Positions 18,799 through 27,998 of a stretch of 32,000 nt of DNA are shown here, in pieces. This DNA comes from Bacillus subtilis subsp. subtilis str. 168 (lineage in GTDB: Bacteria; Bacillota; Bacilli; Bacillales; Bacillaceae). Position 1 is the first letter of the stretch. Every line of letters starts with the position of its first letter. A program made the translations under genes and the position numbers. The DNA lies in the NCBI RefSeq assembly GCF_000009045.1, contig NC_000964.3, positions 3,690,001 to 3,722,000 on the forward strand. Reading direction: 5' to 3'. The notes below the pieces were generated by a model, which worked only from the letters and a program-made list of their open reading frames with translations, did no database searches and was not told where the DNA came from.

Positions 18799-19566
18799 TT
18801 ATTCAGGGCTTCCTTCAGTTGTTTCGATATCTTTCGCAAAATCAGGGTTATCCAGATTCGCATTAAAGAAATCCGCTGTGTTCGGAAGTCTGAGATTCAT
18901 GTTCATTTTTTGAGAAATCGTAACCGTGCAATCCTCAAGCACATAGTCAAAAACGTGTCCGCCTGAATTGCGTCCTTCGTCAATGAAGTGCAGGTGATAG
19001 CCAGAAACGGCGATTCCGTTTGCATAAGCTGGTGTCAAGAAACCTACAATCGTTCCTCTCACGTTGTCGAAGTTGAAAATCGGCTGTGTTTTGACCGCTT
19101 CAACCATTGGCACGTAAGGTTTTTCTTGAAGTTCTACTGTTCTTGTCTGCACCTTTTTAAACAATCCGTCAATGCGAATTGCATAAAATAAGTTTCTGCT
19201 TGGCAGCATGCTGTTGATCTCTTTTTCAAAGTCTTCGCGTGTCATTTTCGCATCAATTTTGTGCGTCATGTCCGGTGTAAAGAACGTAAATGAACAGAAC
19301 GGTGAACGGTCTCCATTTTGGACCGGTGTCGCGGTTCCGTCTGAGCGAAGACGGTAAAATTCGCCGTCAAACCCAATCAGCTCTCCGTCAAGCTTGTTAA
19401 AGGTTCCGATACCGAAGTCTCCATATTTCGGAATCTCTGACAGTTCAAAATCTCCGTCATATACTCCGTCTAATAGAGAAGTCATTGTTGATACTTGATA
19501 AATCTGGCTCACAGGCTGATCTTTTTGACCACGGCTGAGCACTTGAATGTTGCTTTCTCGTTTCAT
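18799..19566 (-). CDS. alsD: Alpha-acetolactate decarboxylase AlsD
   Basis: 255 aa (MKRESNIQVLSRG...; FGIGTFNKLDGELIGFDGEFYRL; metal-site region HLHFIDEGRNSGGHVFDY). Confidence 0.95.
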   Translation of the reverse strand: MKRESNIQVLSRGQKDQPVSQIYQVSTMTSLLDGVYDGDFELSEIPKYGDFGIGTFNKLDGELIGFDGEFYRLRSDGTATPVQNGDRSPFCSFTFFTPDMTHKIDAKMTREDFEKEINSMLPSRNLFYAIRIDGLFKKVQTRTVELQEKPYVPMVEAVKTQPIFNFDNVRGTIVGFLTPAYANGIAVSGYHLHFIDEGRNSGGHVFDYVLEDCTVTISQKMNMNLRLPNTADFFNANLDNPDFAKDIETTEGSPE

Positions 19567-19627
19567 ATTTCCCTTCACTCCTTTTATTTAGTGCTGTTCA
19601 TAAAACAGTGTCGTGATGCGCAGAGTG

Positions 19628-21340
19628 CTAGAGAGCTTTCGTTTTCATGAGTTCCCCGAATTCTTTCGGAAGCTTGTCACTTGCTAAATTAATGTTATCA
19701 CTGTAGTCAACCGGGACATCGATGATGACAGGACCTTCAGCGTTCATGCCTTGACGCAGAACATCTGCCAGCTGGTCTGGTGATTCTACGCGCAAGCCAG
19801 TTGCTCCGAAGCTTTCCGCATATTTCACGATATCGATATTTCCGAAATCGACCGCAGATGTACGGTTATATTTTTTCAATTGCTGGAATGCAACCATGTC
19901 ATATGTGCTGTCGTTCCATACAATGTGTACAATTGGTGCTTTTAGTCGAACTGCTGTCTCTAATTCCATTGCTGAGAATAAGAAACCGCCGTCACCAGAG
20001 ACAGAAACCACTTTTTCTCCCGGTTTCACCAATGAAGCGCCGATTGCCCAAGGAAGCGCAACGCCGAGTGTTTGCATACCGTTACTGATCATTAATGTTA
20101 ACGGCTCGTAGCTGCGGAAATAACGTGACATCCAAATGGCGTGCGAACCGATATCGCAAGTTACTGTAACATGATCATCGACTGCATTACGCAACTCTTT
20201 AACGATTTCAAGAGGGTGCGCTCTGTCTGATTTCCAATCTGCAGGCACCTGCTCACCTTCATGCATATATTGTTTTAAATCAGAAAGGATTTTCTGCTCA
20301 CGCTCTGCAAATTCCACTTTCACAGCATCGTGTTCGATATGATTGATCGTGGACGGAATGTCACCGATCAATTCAAGATCAGGCTGGTAAGCATGATCAA
20401 TGTCAGCGATAATCTCGTCTAAATGGATAATTGTCCGGTCTCCATTGATATTCCAGAATTTCGGATCATATTCAATCGGGTCATAGCCGATCGTCAGAAC
20501 AACATCTGCCTGCTCTAGCAGTAAATCGCCAGGCTGGTTGCGGAACAAACCGATACGGCCAAAATATTGATCCTCTAAATCTCTAGAAAGGGTACCGGCA
20601 GCTTGATATGTTTCAACAAATGGAAGCTGAACCTTTTTCAAAAGCTTGCGAACCGCTTTAATTGCTTCCGGTCTTCCGCCTTTCATGCCGACCAAAACGA
20701 CAGGAAGTTTTGCTGTTTGGATTTTTGCTATGGCCGCACTGATTGCATCATCTGCTGCAGGACCGAGTTTTGGCGCTGCAACAGCACGCACGTTTTTCGT
20801 ATTTGTGACTTCATTCACAACATCTTGCGGAAAGCTCACAAAAGCGGCCCCAGCCTGCCCTGCTGACGCTATCCTAAATGCATTTGTAACAGCTTCCGGT
20901 ATATTTTTTACATCTTGAACTTCTACACTGTATTTTGTAATCGGCTGGAATAGCGCCGCATTATCCAAAGATTGATGTGTCCGTTTTAAACGATCTGCAC
21001 GGATCACGTTTCCAGCAAGCGCAACGACAGGGTCTCCTTCAGTGTTCGCTGTCAGCAGGCCTGTTGCCAAGTTAGAGGCACCCGGTCCTGATGTGACTAA
21101 CACGACTCCCGGTTTTCCAGTTAAACGGCCGACTGCTTGGGCCATGAATGCTGCGTTTTGTTCGTGCCGGGCAACGATAATTTCAGGTCCTTTATCTTGT
21201 AAAGCGTCAAATACCGCATCAATTTTTGCACCTGGAATGCCAAATACATGTGTGACACCTTGCTCCACTAAGCAATCAACAACAAGCTCCGCCCCTCTGT
21301 TTTTCACAAGGGATTTTTGTTCTTTTGTTGCTTTTGTCAA
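19628..21340 (-). CDS. alsS: Acetolactate synthase AlsS (catabolic)
   Basis: 570 aa from TTG 21340; TPP enzyme motifs ([41 protein letters not shown]). Confidence 0.95.
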   Translation of the reverse strand: MTKATKEQKSLVKNRGAELVVDCLVEQGVTHVFGIPGAKIDAVFDALQDKGPEIIVARHEQNAAFMAQAVGRLTGKPGVVLVTSGPGASNLATGLLTANTEGDPVVALAGNVIRADRLKRTHQSLDNAALFQPITKYSVEVQDVKNIPEAVTNAFRIASAGQAGAAFVSFPQDVVNEVTNTKNVRAVAAPKLGPAADDAISAAIAKIQTAKLPVVLVGMKGGRPEAIKAVRKLLKKVQLPFVETYQAAGTLSRDLEDQYFGRIGLFRNQPGDLLLEQADVVLTIGYDPIEYDPKFWNINGDRTIIHLDEIIADIDHAYQPDLELIGDIPSTINHIEHDAVKVEFAEREQKILSDLKQYMHEGEQVPADWKSDRAHPLEIVKELRNAVDDHVTVTCDIGSHAIWMSRYFRSYEPLTLMISNGMQTLGVALPWAIGASLVKPGEKVVSVSGDGGFLFSAMELETAVRLKAPIVHIVWNDSTYDMVAFQQLKKYNRTSAVDFGNIDIVKYAESFGATGLRVESPDQLADVLRQGMNAEGPVIIDVPVDYSDNINLASDKLPKEFGELMKTKAL

Positions 21341-21450
21341 CACCCTCACTCCTTATTATGCATTTTAAACGTAAAATTTTAAATATCTTGTGATAAGTTT
21401 CACTATACACTCTTTGGAAATTGACCTCCAATATCGATTCGCCTTATGAT

Positions 21451-21469
21451 TAATATGTAATACGAATTA
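21451..21469. promoter_or_regulatory. Candidate AlsR binding site in the alsS-alsR intergenic region
   Basis: TAAT-ATGTAATACGA-ATTA fits the TAAT-N11-ATTA pattern reported for AlsR (a LysR-type T-N11-A box) between the divergent genes. Confidence 0.65.
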
Positions 21470-21497
21470 TTAACCTATGGAAAGGAATGCATATTGA

Positions 21498-22406
21498 ATG
21501 GAGCTTCGCCATCTTCAATACTTTATCGCAGTAGCCGAAGAGCTTCATTTCGGAAAGGCTGCCCGGCGGCTGAACATGACGCAGCCTCCTCTCAGCCAGC
21601 AGATCAAACAGCTGGAGGAAGAAGTCGGAGTTACGCTTCTGAAAAGGACAAAACGATTTGTCGAGCTTACCGCAGCAGGAGAAATCTTTTTAAATCATTG
21701 CCGCATGGCATTGATGCAAATCGGACAAGGAATTGAACTGGCACAGCGGACGGCCCGCGGCGAGCAAGGCCTTCTCGTAATCGGTTTTGTCGGATCAGCT
21801 ACATATGAATTTCTGCCGCCGATTGTCCGGGAATATCGTAAAAAATTCCCATCTGTGAAAATAGAACTGCGTGAAATATCCTCGTCTAGGCAGCAGGAGG
21901 AGCTACTAAAGGGCAACATTGATATTGGTATACTTCATCCTCCCTTACAGCATACAGCTTTACATATCGAAACCGCCCAAAGCAGCCCTTGTGTTTTAGC
22001 TTTGCCTAAGCAACACCCATTGACTTCTAAGGAATCAATTACGATTGAGGATTTAAGAGATGAACCAATTATTACTGTTGCTAAAGAAGCATGGCCTACT
22101 CTATACATGGATTTTATTCAGTTCTGTGAACAAGCGGGCTTCAGACCCAACATTGTCCAGGAAGCCACAGAATATCAAATGGTGATTGGTTTAGTCAGTG
22201 CCGGAATTGGTATGACATTTGTTCCTTCCTCGGCCAAAAAATTATTTAATTTGGATGTTACTTATCGAAAAATGGACCAAATACAGCTTAATGCAGAATG
22301 GGTTATCGCTTACCGCAAAGACAATCATAATCCGCTTATAAAGCATTTTATTCATATTTCAAATTGTCAGCAGACAAGAACTAAAGAGAGTGATGCAGGT
22401 ACATGA
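21498..22406 (+). CDS. alsR: LysR-type regulator of acetoin synthesis AlsR
   Basis: 302 aa, LysR HTH (MELRHLQYFIAVAEELHFGKAARRLNMTQPPLSQQIKQLEEEVG), divergent from alsSD. Confidence 0.95.
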   Translation: MELRHLQYFIAVAEELHFGKAARRLNMTQPPLSQQIKQLEEEVGVTLLKRTKRFVELTAAGEIFLNHCRMALMQIGQGIELAQRTARGEQGLLVIGFVGSATYEFLPPIVREYRKKFPSVKIELREISSSRQQEELLKGNIDIGILHPPLQHTALHIETAQSSPCVLALPKQHPLTSKESITIEDLRDEPIITVAKEAWPTLYMDFIQFCEQAGFRPNIVQEATEYQMVIGLVSAGIGMTFVPSSAKKLFNLDVTYRKMDQIQLNAEWVIAYRKDNHNPLIKHFIHISNCQQTRTKESDAGT

Positions 22407-22616
22407 ACAATACTTGCAATCTCTTTTTTCTTTTGGGATTCTTATGGAATTTTTATTAATTTAATATAATCGCTTAGTACAACTTTATATCAGTATACGT
22501 ATACATACAGTACAAATAGTTGGCAAGGACATCAGTAAGCGCAGGACATTAGTTTGATTTTAAAAATGAAAGATAGAGAGGTGAAGTAAATTATTGAGTT
22601 CACCGGCATATTCACA

Positions 22617-23945
22617 TTGCTCGCTTTTTTCGTAACAATGATTTTTATTTTCTGGAGACCAAAAGGACTAAATGAAGCTATCCCCGCCACATTTGGCGCT
22701 TTAATGGTTTTATTGTGCGGAAGTGTGTCATTGGCAGACTTAGGGGAAATCGGAACAAAAGTCACGGGTGCATCGGTTACAATCCTTGCCACTATGATTA
22801 TGGCCATTGCACTAGAAAGCTTTGGTTTCTTTTATTGGGTGGCTGCAAAACTGCTCCAACAATCCAAGGGTTCAGGCATCAAGCTTTTTTGGCTAACCAA
22901 TTTGCTCTGCTTTCTCATGACCATTTTCCTTAATAATGATGGGAGCATTTTGATCACAACTCCAATCCTTTTGCTTGTACTAAAATATTTAGGTTTAAAA
23001 AAACATCAAAAAGCCCCATATTTATTAAGCGGTGTTTTAATAGCCACAGCCTCTAGCGCACCGATTGGCGTAAGTAATATTGTTAATTTAATTTCTCTCA
23101 AAATCATTGGAATGGATCTATATCTTCACACCGCCATGATGTTTGTCCCTAGTATGATGGGACTCATTTTTATGACTTGTCTACTGTTTATGTTCTTTTA
23201 TAAACGTCTTCCCAAAAGCCTGCCAGATATACCGGGCCATTTTCAGTCTCTGCGGCATAGAAGGTACCATCCTCTTCATTCGCCATCAGCTCCTTTACCA
23301 GAACGAAATCAAACAAAAATCATGTTGTTTGTGCTTGCATTTGTTTTTCTCGTCAGAATGAGTCTATTTGCAGCATCATATACCGGTATTTCTGTTCCTC
23401 TAGTCGCTGTCATCGGATCTTTTATCCTGTTGAGCTGGAGATGGATTTATTTCAAAACCTCCCCAAGAGACTTGTTATATAAATCGCCTTGGCACATTTT
23501 TATATTCGCTTTTACTATGTATGTCTTAATTTATGGTCTGCATAATATTGGATTCACAGAGTTACTTGTGAGTTATTTTGAACCTGTGGTTTCTGGAAGC
23601 CTCGCCCATGCAACTTTCGCATCAGGTATCTCTACTTCAGTTTTTTCTAATCTCTTTAACAACCATCCAGCGTTAATGATCAGTACTTTTACCTTAACTG
23701 AAATGACCCTGAATCCTTCAACAACAAAAATCATCTACTTGGCAAATATTATCGGCAGTGATATCGGTTCATTATTATTACCTATGGGAACCTTAGCAAC
23801 GCTTATTTGGATGCATATATTAAAACAGCATGATGAAAGTATTTCATGGGGCGAATATATAAAAACGACCATTATCATCATTCCGCTGACTGTTCTTTTT
23901 ACGTTAACATGTTTATATTTTTGGATCAGTTGGTTATTTCTTTAG
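22617..23945 (+). CDS. ywrK: ArsB/NhaD-type (ion transporter superfamily) membrane protein YwrK
   Basis: 442 aa from TTG 22617, polytopic, LNNDGSILITTPILLLV and NNHPALMISTF motifs. The true start may be upstream (see findings). Confidence 0.82.
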   Translation: MLAFFVTMIFIFWRPKGLNEAIPATFGALMVLLCGSVSLADLGEIGTKVTGASVTILATMIMAIALESFGFFYWVAAKLLQQSKGSGIKLFWLTNLLCFLMTIFLNNDGSILITTPILLLVLKYLGLKKHQKAPYLLSGVLIATASSAPIGVSNIVNLISLKIIGMDLYLHTAMMFVPSMMGLIFMTCLLFMFFYKRLPKSLPDIPGHFQSLRHRRYHPLHSPSAPLPERNQTKIMLFVLAFVFLVRMSLFAASYTGISVPLVAVIGSFILLSWRWIYFKTSPRDLLYKSPWHIFIFAFTMYVLIYGLHNIGFTELLVSYFEPVVSGSLAHATFASGISTSVFSNLFNNHPALMISTFTLTEMTLNPSTTKIIYLANIIGSDIGSLLLPMGTLATLIWMHILKQHDESISWGEYIKTTIIIIPLTVLFTLTCLYFWISWLFL

Positions 23946-23960
23946 CACAGTATGAAACGA

Positions 23961-23995
23961 AAAACTGCCTTCTGCTTTTCAAGAGGGCAGTTTTG
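23961..23995. terminator. Bidirectional terminator between ywrK and ywrJ
   Basis: AAAACTGCCTTCT-loop-AGAGGGCAGTTTT (one wobble pair) between convergent genes. Confidence 0.75.
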
Positions 23996-24001
23996 TATAC
24001 A

Positions 24002-24679
24002 CTAGGGAAGATGCATTGTCTTTAGATGATTTAACTTCCAAATGACTGGCTCTCCACTTGCGTTAATAAGCTCAATGATATTATTAGAGACACCCTTTAA
24101 TAGTCCGACTTTTTCTGGCACCTCTCCCATATCAAATATGACCAATTCACCAATATTTTTTTTGATCTGCTCCTCAAAATTACGCACAAGAGGAACTTTG
24201 GAAGGCACGACCGGCAATTGTGAGTTGTCAAGAGTATACGGTGTTTGTTCAGTTGAATAAGGGGTAAACCATTTTAAATGATGCATAGATATAAAAAGTA
24301 TTTTAAATACGGGTGAGAAAAATACAATATAATCGTTTAAAACATTTGTAACATATCCATGGATCGATCGACCCCCAGTTACATAAACTTCAATAAACTG
24401 GCCTTTGACCTTGTTTAATGTATTTCTATATGAAAAAGCTTGAGTTTCTGCCTCTATCATTGGATCTTCCGGATTGATCAAAAATGGCTTCTCAGTACTG
24501 GTCACTATTTTCGCCTTGTTTATTTGATGAAGATGCAACAAGGGAATATAAAGATAATTGCAGCCATCAAAAATAACAAAAATATCCTGTCCGATATCTA
24601 TGAGGGTGCCGACAAACCTTGTATCTCCTGAAATGACAACCTCAACATCTGTGTTAAGGAATTGATTCAAACCTTTCAC
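24002..24679 (-). CDS. ywrJ: YwrJ, CotB-related protein of unknown function
   Basis: 225 aa with three repeated units (RFVGTLIDIGQDIFVIF..YLYIPLLHLHQI; RSIHGYVTNVLNDYIVFF..ILFISMHHLKWF; EKVGLLKGVSNNIIELI..VIWKLNHLKTM). Confidence 0.82.
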   Translation of the reverse strand: MKGLNQFLNTDVEVVISGDTRFVGTLIDIGQDIFVIFDGCNYLYIPLLHLHQINKAKIVTSTEKPFLINPEDPMIEAETQAFSYRNTLNKVKGQFIEVYVTGGRSIHGYVTNVLNDYIVFFSPVFKILFISMHHLKWFTPYSTEQTPYTLDNSQLPVVPSKVPLVRNFEEQIKKNIGELVIFDMGEVPEKVGLLKGVSNNIIELINASGEPVIWKLNHLKTMHLP

Positions 24680-24738
24680 GATTCTCCTCCTTTAACTGAA
24701 AAAGGGCATCACTTTATCTGATGCTCCTCCATTATCTA

Positions 24739-25881
24739 TTAAAATTTACGTTTCCAGTGATAGTCTATCGTTCTGACAATCGTTTCATAGCTATAATCTT
24801 CCTTTTGTTTTCCTGAACTTTTTATTGAACTTGAATAGCCTGGTGATCTTGATGATTGATAATCTGAAGATCTTGGTGATCGTTTAGATGATTTTGATGA
24901 TTGATAATCTGAAGATTTTAATGATCGTTTAGATGATTTTGAAGAACTTTTTGAACGTGACGAACGGCCAGATTTGGATGATTGATAATCCGAAGATTTT
25001 AGTGATCGTTTAGATGATTTTGAAGAACTTTTTGAACGTGACGAACGACCAGATTTGGATGATTGATCATCTGAAGATTTTAGTGATCGTTTAGATGATT
25101 TTGATGAGCTATATGATTTTGAAGAAATGAACGAATTGCTGTCCTTATCATTATTGTCTTCCTGGTTTTGTTCATTTTTTTGATCCTCTTTTTTGTACGA
25201 CCCTTTTGGACCTAAGCTGATGCTTTTTATGTGAAAAGGATAGATGCGAAGCACCTCTTGATTTTTCACTATAGTATAATGGCCGTCGGCATTATCTACA
25301 AGGATACCCTCAATGGCTTCCGGACCTCCACGATTAATTGAAACCCATTTATGAGTCAGACTCTTAAAAACCTCGCTTAAATCATCAGCTTCCAAAACTC
25401 CAACTGGCGTCTGCTCTTCTATTTTCAAATCAGGCTCGTGTTTACTTATACTTTTGATGTGATGGATATTAAAATACACTACCCCATCCTCATTTGTGTT
25501 TAACGCAGCGTAATCATCTCCCAGCCAGACCAATCTTCCTTTTTTAGATTCCGGACCCCCTTGGTTAAATTGAACTGATTGGTTTATTAAATGTCCGATT
25601 AAGCTATGAAAATCATCAGCATCGAGCATTTCCTCAGTCTCAATTGTTGTGGTGCTATTATTGGTATCCTCAGTAATACTTTTCACATGCTCCAACTGAT
25701 AATAAATTATTTTTTTTTCAGCTTGTAAAGCTATATAATCTGATTTTACAGCTGTTAATTTTCCTTTTTTAGATTCCGGACCTCCACGATATACAGTAAC
25801 AATTTTATCTTTCATTGAGTGCAAAAAGTTATAATACGATATTTCATTATTTGAATGATATTTCATTCTCCTCTTGCTCAT
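24739..25881 (-). CDS. cotB: Outer spore coat protein CotB
   Basis: 380 aa; three N-terminal modules (ESKKGKL../ESKKGRL../EAIEGIL..) then a Ser/Lys/Arg-rich repetitive tail. Confidence 0.95.
   Translation of the reverse strand: MSKRRMKYHSNNEISYYNFLHSMKDKIVTVYRGGPESKKGKLTAVKSDYIALQAEKKIIYYQLEHVKSITEDTNNSTTTIETEEMLDADDFHSLIGHLINQSVQFNQGGPESKKGRLVWLGDDYAALNTNEDGVVYFNIHHIKSISKHEPDLKIEEQTPVGVLEADDLSEVFKSLTHKWVSINRGGPEAIEGILVDNADGHYTIVKNQEVLRIYPFHIKSISLGPKGSYKKEDQKNEQNQEDNNDKDSNSFISSKSYSSSKSSKRSLKSSDDQSSKSGRSSRSKSSSKSSKRSLKSSDYQSSKSGRSSRSKSSSKSSKRSLKSSDYQSSKSSKRSPRSSDYQSSRSPGYSSSIKSSGKQKEDYSYETIVRTIDYHWKRKF
24835..25125 (-). repeat. Ser/Lys/Arg-rich tandem repeats in the cotB 3' region (81-nt unit)
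   Basis: Two adjacent near-identical 81-nt units at 24926-25006 and 25007-25087 encode SSKSSKRSLKSSDYQSSKSGRSSRSKS-like blocks; flanking partial copies. Confidence 0.88.
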
Positions 25882-26008
25882 TCAAATTCCTCCTAGTCAC
25901 TTATACATAGATGATAAACATACTGCATATATACGTGTCACATTTATTTGTTGAACTAATTCAATAGCCTAATTGTCGCTTTTTCCGCGAATACCCATTT
26001 TCACGCAT

Positions 26009-27097
26009 TCATAAAATACTTAAATGATCTTTGAGGTATTGTGAACGGTTTTTAATATACTCGCAGATCACATCCGGCTCACGGTCAAAACGCTCAATAT
26101 CATTCTTTTTATACGGGTCCATGAGGACAAACGGCCTAATCCGTTCATACATCGCCATGATTTTCGGTTCCATATATTCTATTGTAAAAAGAGATTGGAG
26201 CGTTTTTTCTAACAGGCGCTTGTAGGACTTGCGAAACTCGGATTCATCCAATATCCGGGCGGTTAGTGTATTAAATCCTTGAATTCTTACATAATCGGCA
26301 GCCATCCGCTCTCCATGGATATCCCTGCCCCAAGTCGCATCATAATCCCAAGGAATCACCTCAAATAATCCGGTTTCCCCGCTTCTGTATAATGCGTAGT
26401 TGTGGACAAACCCGTCATAGTTCGAGGTGAATACAATACCAGCAAGCCAGCGCAAATACTTATCGACATCCACGTGTTTTGTCACTTCTGACTTAAACTG
26501 AGCTTTAGGGACCGTATTAATTTTAAAAATCATATCTTGTAAATAAAAATCATCTTCCTCAGTCCCTGTTTTCTTTTCATATCCAAGCTCCAGCGATGTT
26601 TTCGTTTCCCTTTCTAAATCGCTCATCAGAGAAAAGTTGGCATCATCATCCACCGCATAAAAAATCGCGCCATCAGCCAGCTTCCTTTTCGCCAAATAAT
26701 ATTCATCTACGGATTCAAGTTCAAGATAAACCCCTTCATTCTTCCCATTCATCTTTACAAACGCAAACTCTGCCTTTGGAGACAGTGTCCCTAGCTCCGA
26801 GAAAAAATCCAGAGACAATTTGTTTCTCATCAAGGAAGGGTCTTTATACTCCGCATTTAAGTGAATCTCTCGCGCGCCGCGGAATGTTTTCGGCTGATAA
26901 AAGGAAATATGGTATGACTTCTTTTTGAAGTCTCTGATATGTGATCCCCGATAAGCGATATCAATATCCAGCCTTTTTTGATTTACCTTCATCACAGCTG
27001 GCACCGGATCATCGTCCCATATATCCTTTTTTAATTCACGCAAGTCTTTTGGATGAACAAACAGCTGATAAAGCGGTAAATTGGATTGATTCTTCAT
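26009..27097 (-). CDS. cotH: Spore coat protein kinase CotH
   Basis: 362 aa; CotH-family kinase motifs (YRGSHIRDFKKKSYHISF; EGVYLELESVDEYYL; FEVIPWDYDATWGRDIHGER). Confidence 0.95.
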   Translation of the reverse strand: MKNQSNLPLYQLFVHPKDLRELKKDIWDDDPVPAVMKVNQKRLDIDIAYRGSHIRDFKKKSYHISFYQPKTFRGAREIHLNAEYKDPSLMRNKLSLDFFSELGTLSPKAEFAFVKMNGKNEGVYLELESVDEYYLAKRKLADGAIFYAVDDDANFSLMSDLERETKTSLELGYEKKTGTEEDDFYLQDMIFKINTVPKAQFKSEVTKHVDVDKYLRWLAGIVFTSNYDGFVHNYALYRSGETGLFEVIPWDYDATWGRDIHGERMAADYVRIQGFNTLTARILDESEFRKSYKRLLEKTLQSLFTIEYMEPKIMAMYERIRPFVLMDPYKKNDIERFDREPDVICEYIKNRSQYLKDHLSIL

Positions 27098-27237
27098 CCA
27101 TAATCCTCCTTACAAATTTTAGGCTTTTATTTTTATAAGATCTCAGCGGAACACTTATACACTTTTTAAAACCGCGCGTACTATGAGGGTAGTAAGGATC
27201 TTCATCCTTAACATATTTTTAAAAGGAGGATTTCAAA

Positions 27238-27825
27238 TTGGGCCACTATTCCCATTCTGACATCGAAGAAGCGGTGAAATCCGCAAAAAAAGAAGGTTTA
27301 AAGGATTATTTATACCAAGAGCCTCATGGAAAAAAACGCAGTCATAAAAAGTCGCACCGCACTCACAAAAAATCTCGCAGCCATAAAAAATCATACTGCT
27401 CTCACAAAAAATCTCGCAGTCACAAAAAATCATTCTGTTCTCACAAAAAATCTCGCAGCCACAAAAAATCATACTGCTCTCACAAGAAATCTCGCAGCCA
27501 CAAAAAATCGTACCGTTCTCACAAAAAATCTCGCAGCTATAAAAAATCTTACCGTTCTTACAAAAAATCTCGTAGCTATAAAAAATCTTGCCGTTCTTAC
27601 AAAAAATCTCGCAGCTACAAAAAGTCTTACTGTTCTCACAAGAAAAAATCTCGCAGCTATAAGAAGTCATGCCGCACACACAAAAAATCTTATCGTTCCC
27701 ATAAGAAATACTACAAAAAACCGCACCACCACTGCGACGACTACAAAAGACACGATGATTATGACAGCAAAAAAGAATACTGGAAAGACGGCAATTGCTG
27801 GGTAGTCAAAAAGAAATACAAATAA
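27238..27825 (+). CDS. cotG: Spore coat protein CotG
   Basis: 195 aa from a TTG start with AAAAGGAGG RBS; tandem 13-aa repeats (HKKSRSHKKSYCS-like); divergent from cotH. Confidence 0.95.
   Translation: MGHYSHSDIEEAVKSAKKEGLKDYLYQEPHGKKRSHKKSHRTHKKSRSHKKSYCSHKKSRSHKKSFCSHKKSRSHKKSYCSHKKSRSHKKSYRSHKKSRSYKKSYRSYKKSRSYKKSCRSYKKSRSYKKSYCSHKKKSRSYKKSCRTHKKSYRSHKKYYKKPHHHCDDYKRHDDYDSKKEYWKDGNCWVVKKKYK
27345..27715 (+). repeat. cotG tandem repeats (39-nt unit)
   Basis: Consecutive units such as CTCACAAAAAATCTCGCAGCCACAAAAAATCATACTGCT, with drift to TATAAAAAATCT variants. Confidence 0.9.
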
Positions 27826-27846
27826 TCTAAGTTTTCATTGTTTCAA

Positions 27847-27884
27847 TAGGCTGCCGGCGGAGGTACGGAAGCCTATTTTTTTAT
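27847..27884 (+). terminator. Intrinsic terminator after cotG
   Basis: AATAGGCTGCCG-loop-CGGAAGCCTATT-TTTTT with one internal mismatch. Confidence 0.75.
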
Positions 27885-27998
27885 TTGCCCTGTATTAGAT
27901 ATATGTCATGACATAACATATGCAACCCGCATCATTTGGTTTCCTTTAAACCATTTCGTTATAATCAAGGTATCCTAACGATAAAGGCGGTTGTTGCT

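Noticed and set aside
19780-21368. Several plus-strand ORFs opposite alsS
   Set aside because: All overlap the conserved acetolactate synthase frame on the other strand; biased composition, no independent support.
27345-27715. Regular short repeats resembling a CRISPR array or satellite
   Set aside because: Units are contiguous without unique spacers, have a 39-nt period (multiple of 3), and lie within a well-formed CotG coding frame; no cas genes nearby.
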